A stretch of 60,918 nt of DNA, the filler included, from Globobulimina sp. (lineage: Eukaryota): NCBI GenBank assembly GCA_003354225.1. It is 11 parts of 11 records of this genome, joined end to end, with 100 filler letters (N's around TTAATTAATTAA, not from the genome) between each part and the next. Parts side by side here need not be neighbours in the genome. Positions count along the whole stretch, not along the records: positions 33,303 to 38,748 come from PIVH01000568.1; positions 38,849 to 44,291 come from PIVH01000569.1; positions 44,392 to 49,834 come from PIVH01000570.1; 8 more parts are not named here. One strand, given 5' to 3'. The notes under the pieces are model-generated. The model was not told the origin of the DNA. It saw only the letters and a list, made by a program, of their open reading frames with translations, and searched no databases. Positions 36,283 to 45,040 of this stretch are shown here, one piece after another. Position 1 is the first letter of the stretch; every line of letters starts with the position of its first letter. The position numbers and the translations under genes were made by a program.

Positions 36283-38712
36283 TTAGCTAGCGTCCGAAAA
36301 ATCCAGTCTTAAAGCAATCATATCATTTTTCAATTTCCCATTTGAAAAAATTGACTGTGTATAAGCTCCTGCTATTACAGCTTCCCTCCCAGGTGAAAAA
36401 ATCCGAATATCTTTTACAAATGCTGCTGGCAATCGATTAGGCATCACCAATGGCCACACTGGATTTGACGGCCATTCAGCCATTACTACAGTGCCTTGTG
36501 CTTTACAACTTTGTAAAAGTCTCACTGCTTTAAGTAATAAATATGGAGGTGGTACGATCCAATTGTTATATCCAGCCCAGTTAAAACATAAAGCATTAAC
36601 ACCTTTTGAACCTTTTTCCCCGTTTAGTGAATTGAAATTCGTACACATCGCGTTGTCCGCGTCGGCAAATCTATCAAAATTGTGTGGACCAAAGGCTTCA
36701 TCCAACTCCTTAAATACTGCTGGATGAATCCTCCAGTCATCCTTGTCTACTGCTCTACTGTAACTGTCCGCTTTTTTATTTTCTTCCCGCGGAATCCATG
36801 TTAACCTTAATATAATTCTATGTTTGACACAAACCTGCAGCAACTGCCTAGTCAGCTCATTTAATTCTTCTTTCATACTTCCTTTTTTCACAATGTATGT
36901 GATAGCTTGATTATCAGTAAACCAAGTGACCGTTTTTCCCGCTAATATATCTGCCCAGCTGTCCACCGACAACTGGACTATCTTCAACTCCCGCCAAGTA
37001 GAACTCTTTTTCTTTTGATCGTCTGTAAAATTTCTTATAAACTTTATATTTGTCTTATCAATATAGGCCCCCGCTGCCACATTACTGGCATCAGAATAAG
37101 CTGTGACTGTCGCCGGTGGAATAGGAACTAACATTTTTGATATCTCAGGCTTTATCAAGACTCTTATCCAAAAAGCTATCTCTTCCCTTACTGTATCTGA
37201 CAGCTTGTAATAAAAATCCCACTGATTTGCTCCCTCTAAACAACTCACTGTGTATCGGCACAAGGCCTTTGTTGCTATAGTGGCTATGTCGCCTATGACT
37301 AATCGCATGCTAACAATATTTCCCGCCAACCTGGCCACTTGTCTCGGAGAGGCACGCTTTTTACTAATCAGATTTCGCGCCAAATTTAGTACTTTTTGCC
37401 TACGGCTCTCGGGGGTGGAAAGTATCCTTTTGTCCAGGTCGATGACTAAACCTAACCATGACAGCTGTTTTGTTGGTTCCCATACTGACTTTTTACAATT
37501 TATACAAAACCCTGCTTCCTGCAAGTCATTTTTTACCCTTTTGGAATGCTGTTTTGCTCGGTCAAAATTGGGCGCCAAACCCAACCCATCATCCAAATAA
37601 AGAATCAACTGAATTCCCTCGGCTCGCCACCTACGCACTAAGGGACGTAAAAATTTCGTAAAAACAAAAGGCCCGGTGTTAATACCAAAACATAATACAT
37701 TGAACTGAAACCATTCTCTCTGGCCATTAAAAGTCCAGCTAAAACCCAAGTATCTTACACTATCTGGATGAATTTCTATATGGTTATAAGCTGCTTCTAA
37801 ATCAAACGAAAAACAAAATTCCGCCGTCGTCAAGTACTCCTCGGCTACAGAATAGTCTTCCAATTTAAATTTTTGCTTATAAACAAACGGATTTATAGTT
37901 GAAGCATCTAGAATTAGTCTTTTCTTCCCTGATGCTTGCACTGCCACTGATAAGGGGTTGACTACTAAAGGGGCTACTGCCACCCTTTCTATTAGTCCAT
38001 TTTTCAACAATTTCAGAATTGCCCCTTCTACAAAATTTGGCTCATCTTTTGCCGAACGATTATTATTAAAGAACGCCCTGCTGGGCAACGTCTTGAATGG
38101 TATTCTATAACCATGCTGTACAATATTAGAAGACCAACCGGCCTTATCAATGGTAGCCCAAAAATCAATGGCTCGTCTTAGATTCCCTCTAATGGGCATA
38201 AGTGGGACGTCGCTCCACTTATCGTCGTCACATAAACCATCATATAGTTTAGTAATAGCAAAAACATGATAATTTGTTTGCAATTTAAACTTACGTCCAA
38301 CTCCTTGCAACCATCGCCGATCGTCTTTCGGAACTTGAGCCACACCTGACGCCTTTGTGAACTCCTTCAACATATTGGTCTTGAACGATTCCATAATCTC
38401 CAAAAAGTCTGTCGGCACACTAGCACGACTTTCTTCCAATGATTGAGTGGTTTTCTTTTTCTTTGGAGACGCTTCTGGGCTTGAGTCGTTTGAACTGGGC
38501 AAGAGATTGCGTTTTCTTGGGATTTTGTAACCAGCCAGGAATTCTGTCCTCTTCGGTGGTTGAGGCTTGCTTGTCTTCTGGGCTTCTTTGATAGGAGTAA
38601 TTTGCGATGTGACCAAAGTCCTTTGCCTCCTTTTCGTTGCCAACACATTGCGAAGCGTGACACCTGGAGAGAATTTCACCGTCTGTTTCCGACCTCGACC
38701 TCGACCTGACAT
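36283..38712 (-). CDS. DIRS-type Pol: RT + RNase H + methyltransferase-like domain
   Basis: RT motifs KKRLILD, FDLEAAYNHI, LCFG, YLDD. RNase H motifs YSDAS, SSTWREL, FTDNQ, WIPREENKKADSYSR. MT motifs DW..FGPH.FDRFA..NALCFNW..WIVPPP..WPS..WP. Confidence 0.96.
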   Translation of the reverse strand: MSGRGRGRKQTVKFSPGVTLRNVLATKRRQRTLVTSQITPIKEAQKTSKPQPPKRTEFLAGYKIPRKRNLLPSSNDSSPEASPKKKKTTQSLEESRASVPTDFLEIMESFKTNMLKEFTKASGVAQVPKDDRRWLQGVGRKFKLQTNYHVFAITKLYDGLCDDDKWSDVPLMPIRGNLRRAIDFWATIDKAGWSSNIVQHGYRIPFKTLPSRAFFNNNRSAKDEPNFVEGAILKLLKNGLIERVAVAPLVVNPLSVAVQASGKKRLILDASTINPFVYKQKFKLEDYSVAEEYLTTAEFCFSFDLEAAYNHIEIHPDSVRYLGFSWTFNGQREWFQFNVLCFGINTGPFVFTKFLRPLVRRWRAEGIQLILYLDDGLGLAPNFDRAKQHSKRVKNDLQEAGFCINCKKSVWEPTKQLSWLGLVIDLDKRILSTPESRRQKVLNLARNLISKKRASPRQVARLAGNIVSMRLVIGDIATIATKALCRYTVSCLEGANQWDFYYKLSDTVREEIAFWIRVLIKPEISKMLVPIPPATVTAYSDASNVAAGAYIDKTNIKFIRNFTDDQKKKSSTWRELKIVQLSVDSWADILAGKTVTWFTDNQAITYIVKKGSMKEELNELTRQLLQVCVKHRIILRLTWIPREENKKADSYSRAVDKDDWRIHPAVFKELDEAFGPHNFDRFADADNAMCTNFNSLNGEKGSKGVNALCFNWAGYNNWIVPPPYLLLKAVRLLQSCKAQGTVVMAEWPSNPVWPLVMPNRLPAAFVKDIRIFSPGREAVIAGAYTQSIFSNGKLKNDMIALRLDFSDAS

Positions 38713-39201
38713 CCTTGCAAAAACAATTTTTCTCGATAAAAATAATACNNNNNNNNNNNNNNNNNNNNNNNNNNNNNNNNNNNNNNNNNNNNTTAATTAA
38801 TTAANNNNNNNNNNNNNNNNNNNNNNNNNNNNNNNNNNNNNNNNNNNNATTTGCTAATTAATGTTGCAAGTTCTTCCTGACCCTTTTTGTTTTTTTGGTA
38901 AAATGCCTTGAGAATAAAAGTGATATGGCAATAACAACTTGTTACTATGTTGCAAATATGAATCCCAAAATATGCGGTTTTTCATGCACAACTGTGTGAA
39001 AGGAATGCATTTAAGTCAGAATCGTCGAGAAGTTGGTGGATAAAGTATCGTAGAATTGCAAAATTGGATTCTTACTTCATACGGAGCAACTTAATAATTC
39101 AACTTCTCAACGCATAAACTTCTGAACCTCTCAACCTCTCAAGCTTTCTTTCAATAAATCAACATGAAAAAACAGATTGCAAAGTCAGTAATGCTACGTA
39201 G

Positions 39202-40502
39202 TCACAACACAGTCTTCATTCCATCCAAACCAATCCACAAATCATTAATTCTTTGCTCATCACTCATTTTATAAAAATCTTTATGTTGTATCCTATAATA
39301 AATATTATACCGAATATCCATTGAATAATTAATACCTCCTTTATGACATAAAAACGGATGACATAATATAATGTCACCAACATCAACATTGCATTGTTTA
39401 TATTCAATGTCTTTCCATTTAGATCTGCCTTGTGGCCAATGGTTCTTTTCCCAAAATCTATCATAACCATCTCGTATTAATATCTTTTGAATTTCATAGT
39501 GAGTGCCTGGCCAAACAGTAAACTGTCCACAAAACGGCATCTTTTGTTGACTTATACCGCAGTCAAATGTTTATCTTTTTTGCCATTTGATACACGCATA
39601 TCGTAAATATTTGATTGTATTGAATGTATCAACTGTCAAAAGCCAAAACTGTGAGGCATTGCATACCTTAATGCTATGCCTAACAATACATTAAATTGCG
39701 GCAAAACTTTATTCTTCAAGCCATCAACATGCCAATTAACCTCATCCTCTTTGTACTCGCTTTTATTCGCAGGCGTTAACTGTGGATTATGTGGATATCG
39801 TAACGCCGGTTGGCAGCGAGTATTCTTTGCCGGAGCACTGCCAAACAAATCAGCACATAATGAATATGCGTCACTTTGCGTGAATAAATTCATCATTTCT
39901 GCACTTCGGACAAACTCATTGTTGAACAGCGGGATTCCAGTGTGGGGAGCAATATTTTCCAAATGAATGCCTTGTCCCAATGAATAGTTTATTTTGCGTA
40001 GCGATTTTTCAATCAAGTTGTTTGATGCACCATTTTTAATCACCACACAACCAATGTCTCTGAATTCGATTTTATTTTCTTTTGTTAAACTTCTGCCTGT
40101 TTGGTTTGGCGGTAAATAGTCATTGGACAATAACTGTGATCCACGGTTAATGATATCAACTCTGTGCATGCGTCCACCACAACTGCCTCTACCTCTGCCC
40201 ATTCCTCTGCCGCGTCCTCTGTCTCTTCCTCTGCCCCTTCGAATTCCACGTCCTCTTTGTCGATGGTGATTATTATGCGTGTGTTGATTGTGATTGATGT
40301 TATTTCCATGCATGTACATGTTGCCATTATTGTATCCATTAAATTGAGTGTCATGAAATATATTATTATTGTTGGTTATTGCACAGTTTCCATACATATT
40401 TCCTTGACTGTAAGGATCGACTTGCATTTGATTGTCTTGCTTGCTGTCTTGATGATATCCTCCCACATAATTGTGTGTCGAACCTGTGTGTTCTGTAGAC
40501 AT
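39202..40502 (-). CDS. PhyH-like Fe(II)/2OG dioxygenase with N/H/RG-rich N-terminus, 2 exons
   Basis: WHVDG, FTVWPGTH, GDIILCHPFLCH.G..N...RY. Phase-2 intron 39666-39551. Confidence 0.82.
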
Positions 40503-41168
40503 TCTACTTTCAAGTCAGTAGAAAACTAAATGTAGGTTATCTTGCATAGCAACTGGGTAAAATTCTGCTGTCTAACGAGTCCGACTCCGACCACTAAGGT
40601 TAATAACTAATACAGTCACTTGAAAAACAATAAATAAATTACAATTAGAAAAAATTAAAGACAAAATTAGCGAAAAAAGATAAAGGTATTGATTATTTTT
40701 GTTTTTTTTTGTTTTTTGTATTAATGATACATTTGATACAACAAACACAAGCCATTTATTGCTAATGATATCCTTTAATCCATTTCCCATTCAACATATT
40801 ATCGATATTTGTACCAGTAATTATCAGCAAATTAAATGTTGATTGTGAACGATTTCATTTGTGTTTTTCATATGTCAACAAAACAATCGTTAGATTATTT
40901 TATCAGAAGAAATGCGGTCAATTTATAATTTTATTTGCATTTCAAACACGTTGTGCATATTAAAAGTACATACTATATACATACGTGAAACATCACCAAT
41001 CGGACAAAAAATATCTCATAAAAACGGGTACAAAATAAAGTTAATATTTGATACAAGTTTAAATATATTATCTACAATAAATATTCTATATATTTGTAGA
41101 AAGTAGAAACGAAATATTATCCTAGCACACAAACCTTGCGCCAAATATACTTAACTAAATAATGACGA

Positions 41169-41840
41169 TTATATTCTATAAATGCCTTTTGATATTCCCT
41201 GGTATGCATCATTAATAATTTGTATTTTTCTGATCGCATTCCTTTGTCCTAACACTTTACATCGTTCTTTTACTAAATGTATTTGAATTCCATTCCAGCG
41301 AATAAATTTCTTGCCACATAAATCACAGCGAAATTTATATTCCTTCTTATAATGTATATCTGTTATATGTGCTGTACATTCATTCTCATCTGCAAATATT
41401 TTTGAATTATCACAATCTGGAAAACTGCACACGAATCCATGTGAAAAATGCAATGAAAATATATGTTTCTTCAAATGAAATCCCGATCCAAATGATGTAT
41501 TACATTGTTCAATGTTACATTTATTCATTTTTTCATCACATATTACTTGACCATTTTCTATCATTTTATTCAATATGAGATTTGCTTCAGGTTTTGCCAT
41601 TGATGGCTTTACATATTTTTTAATGTCATGCATGTTAATTCTTGGTTTCTTTTTTGTATTACCACCGTTACTAATTGTTTTCTTTGCAATTGTTCTGACT
41701 GTATACGATTTATGTTCGTCATCTTCAGCTGCAACGTTACCATCTGTTTCTTCACTTAATTTGCTCCGTTTTGATAATCTTATTGCGAATATAACAAATT
41801 TATTGATTTCATTTTGTGCTAGTGATCCTTTGTTGGCCAT
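41169..41840 (-). CDS. C2H2 zinc finger protein
   Basis: CNIEQC..HLKKHIFSLH, CSFPDC..HITDIH and CDLCGKKF..H. Confidence 0.85.
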   Translation of the reverse strand: MANKGSLAQNEINKFVIFAIRLSKRSKLSEETDGNVAAEDDEHKSYTVRTIAKKTISNGGNTKKKPRINMHDIKKYVKPSMAKPEANLILNKMIENGQVICDEKMNKCNIEQCNTSFGSGFHLKKHIFSLHFSHGFVCSFPDCDNSKIFADENECTAHITDIHYKKEYKFRCDLCGKKFIRWNGIQIHLVKERCKVLGQRNAIRKIQIINDAYQGISKGIYRI

Positions 41841-41918
41841 TTTTGATGTTATTTGGAGACTTTGGAGGTGTGAAGTGATGGAAGGGATTGGAATGTGTTG
41901 AATTGAGTGAAGTAGTAG

Positions 41919-42697
41919 TTAACTGACGGATTATTTGATGCAGAGGCAAATAACACGTATTATATACAATTTCCTTCCAAACAAGCTCATTCTGTCAGAA
42001 ATAATGAATCAAAACAGGATAATAAATATGGTACGTGTGGGTTATCTGCATAACAAGTCGCACAAACTAAGATATGTGACACATATTTAATAGCAGCAAA
42101 TGTTAATGTTAATGTTTCATTATTTCTTTCCGCCAACCAATAACTTGAATGTGTCTTTCCTTTCACACTTCCATTAAATAAATATTCCATATAATAATAA
42201 TTGCTGTTGTTATAAACAGGAACCGACGAATGAACCACTGTGCCATTTGGTGCTGTATACGTTTTTGATCCAGATTTACCACCTATTATTTTATTTTTTT
42301 TTGTCAAATTAAAAAGTATAATAATTATATGTCATACCTTGACCTCCTGTTAAATCAAATAATTTTGTAGTATTCCAATCAATTTTATTATCATCAACAT
42401 CTGTATGTTATTGATTCACACAAAGTTATGTTCATTGATTCACACTGCAATGTATACACATTACACATAGCAAATGATAGATGCTCAGATTACAGTGTTG
42501 ATGGATATGGATTGGATAATAAATGGAACAAAATATGTGATACAGTTAATACAAGCAATGATAAGCTTGGTGATACCCGTTGTCATATGGTTAGAAAACC
42601 AGTCTCAAAAATACGGTTTATTGTAAAGAAAAGTAAAGATTTGAATACGGTTTATTGTCTTTGTTTGAAGGAAATTGATATTTATGTTGCAAATTAG
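41919..42697 (+). pseudogene. Galactose-binding/discoidin-like domain gene with an inverted internal segment (42055-42424)
   Basis: Middle exons lie on the minus strand (42400-42338 and 42282-42055) and the last exon on the plus strand (42471-42697). All junctions are phase 1 after re-inversion. Confidence 0.65.
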
Positions 42698-42970
42698 TCA
42701 ACAACAGATTCAAAAACGATAAAATATTTTAAAATGCAAACCATGGTTACAGAGAATAATTTTCTTAACTTGTGTTCGATCAAACATTTTCTTCTTGATT
42801 GGTAATAAAATTAAAAAGAATAAGGACAGTAAGCAATCATTGTGATAACAAAACATAACACAAAGCTACAGCACCATATTGAGCAGCATGTGTGTTTCCT
42901 GCGAGTAACGACGACATTTGATCTTAATAGCGGTTTTGTATCTGTCTAAAAAAAAACTTTAATACTATTA

Positions 42971-43603
42971 ATGTCAAAAGTCACACTCACACACTACCGA
43001 ACATGCATATTTATGCTAATTTTGACCACAATATTCTCATTACTGGTATTCAATGCTAGATTCCAATCGCACATCGTATTAATATCATATACAAAAGAGC
43101 ATCAAATTTCAAATGAGAAATCATATGCATTGAAATCAACACTGCATCCATATAACGCAGCAACTTATGTATTTAGAAACAAATCAGAAATGAGCAAATT
43201 ACCACATGTCGATGTCAAAGATATATATCCATATTTGGATGAAAATATGAAATCAAATAATCTGAGAATCAGTGGCATGTCATATGTTTTTGCAGATAGG
43301 ATTAATAAAATATTATTTTGTTTAATTCCAAAGACTTCATGTTCAATGTTTAAATTGTTAGTACATTTTATCCATAATCACAATCCACAGCAGCTCAACG
43401 TTTGGGAAACTAAGTATAGGCCGGAAAGAATACATAAACATGTTGACACAGCTTTGTTTATCACACCCCATCAAAGTATAAATCAAAGTGTATCCAACAC
43501 ATATTTTGCGATTTTGCCTGACACGAAATTTTTGGCGATTTCGTACTCAGAGTTGAGTGAACAGTTACTGCTGAATTTTTGCACTGATATACCTGTTGTA
43601 TGA
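42971..43603 (+). pseudogene. Carbohydrate sulfotransferase (Sulfotransfer_2-like), truncated where repetitive DNA begins
   Basis: TM anchor and the 5'-PSB motif FCLIPKTSCSMFK; no 3'-PB motif; the ORF runs into an inverted-repeat element near 43500. Confidence 0.65.
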
Positions 43604-43651
43604 ACGTACCAACATGCAAAAATTCAGCGGTAACGGTTCACTCAACTCTGA
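43547..43651. repeat. 37-bp inverted repeat (2 mismatches, 31-nt spacer)
   Basis: tcagagttgagtgaacagttactgctgaatttttgca (43547-43583) versus 43615-43651. Confidence 0.92.
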
Positions 43652-43771
43652 ATAATTTACGGTAAAATAGGCGTTGGTGGCGCGTTAAACCATTTGCCGA
43701 ATTTTCGGTCACCCACACGAAAATTTTTAGTGTTATGTCTGGCGACCTAAATACTGACCTGCTTTTTCGAT

Positions 43772-44028
43772 ACATCCATTCCCTCGATAATTAAAGAACC
43801 AAGCACCAGCAAATGCATCAATGATACTATAAAATTTTCGTTTTTTCGATTACCAACACATCTCCACATCCATTTTCTCGATCCTGAAACAACCAAAGCA
43901 TCAGCAAAAGCATCAATAATACTATAAAATTTTCGTTTTTTCGATTACCAACATATCTCCACATCCATTTCCTTGATCCTGAAACAACCAAGCACCAGCA
44001 AAAGCATAAATAATAATATAAAAATTTA
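43772..44028. repeat. Tandem repeat, about 94-95 bp, about 2.7 copies
   Basis: aacca(a)agca.cagcaaa.gcat units at 43797, 43891 and 43986; looser ~50-bp T-rich repeats follow to about 44200. Confidence 0.9.
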
Positions 44029-44391
44029 TGTTACCGCAGCAATTTTTTGTTCCTTTCTTCTGATTCTTCTTTAATTGTCCGATAAAATCAATATTTTTGA
44101 TGTTTCGCTTTTGATTCTTCTTTACAGTTCAATAAATTCAATATATTCGGTGTTTTCTTTCCTATTATTCTATATTGTTTACTAAATTTGGTGTTTTCTT
44201 TTCGTAAAAAATTAAATTTTATTATTTTTAATAAAAAATTTTCAATACCGTACCTCTAAACATTAAACCATTCTAATAAAACGCTCACATGNNNNNNNNN
44301 NNNNNNNNNNNNNNNNNNNNNNNNNNNNNNNNNNNTTAATTAATTAANNNNNNNNNNNNNNNNNNNNNNNNNNNNNNNNNNNNNNNNNNNN

Positions 44392-44505
44392 TGTGGTATA
44401 TTAACATATTGTACCCCCCCTATTGTAAGCCCCTTATACTTAAGCTAGTCTTAGACCTTAATTTAGTACTTAGTCATTCCTACTAAGAAGTTACGCTATA
44501 CCATA
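44392..44505 (+). repeat. Putative short 5' LTR (114 bp)
   Basis: Starts TGTGGTATA and ends TATACCATA (8/9 inverted match), 2 nt before the PBS. The second LTR is not in the contig. Confidence 0.65.
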
Positions 44506-44507
44506 TT

Positions 44508-44521
44508 TGGTGCGTCGACCG
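44508..44521 (+). promoter_or_regulatory. tRNA primer-binding site, probably tRNA-Gly
   Basis: TGGTGCGTCGACCG is complementary to a tRNA 3' end CGGTCGACGCACCA; eukaryotic Gly tRNAs typically end in GCA-CCA. Confidence 0.7.
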
Positions 44522-45040
44522 TTCTTAATTGAAACGAACGGAGAGAGAGAGAGCATAACAGCAGACATGAGTAGTAATTGGAGCAAACGCTTCAATATGA
44601 AAGTACTTGTATGTAATAAAATTTGTTTTCTGTCTCAAATTCTGCACCACGAGCTTACGCTCACCAAAAACGAACTATCGACAAACATGACCTTTTTAAC
44701 TGGCCAAGTGCTATTATAGCATGTTAAAATTGGTTGTGTATATCTTACAACACGCGGATAACTTTTGTTAACGTATGAAGCTGTTGATATGCTACCTAGT
44801 GGCAATATTTTTGACAACACATGTCATGTACTATAACTGTACGACGTTAAAGTGTTGAAGGTACCGAACGGATTTAAAACCGTTACTACGAAGCGCGTGT
44901 TATTGAAAATAATGTTGCTATGCTGACTATCAATGTTGCTATGTTGCTATGCTGACTACTAAACGATTAACAACGTTTCCACATATTAAAATTAAAATTA
45001 AAGTGGTCAAAATAAACAAATTACAATATGTATACAGGAT

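Larger units (their letters stand above)
33391..38748 (-). mobile_element. Tyrosine-recombinase retrotransposon, PAT-like (DIRS order) with split direct repeats; 5' end missing
   Basis: RT-RNase H-MT ORF, YR ORF, CCHC gag fragments, and an identical 80-bp repeat after pol and after YR. Confidence 0.93.

Noticed and set aside
42005-42418. Alternative inversion breakpoints at tgaatcaaaaca / tgttattgattca, with a start at ATG 41938
   Set aside because: Also phase-compatible, but it gives a weaker donor and longer introns than the CATAAC/GTTATG model; kept only as a fallback.
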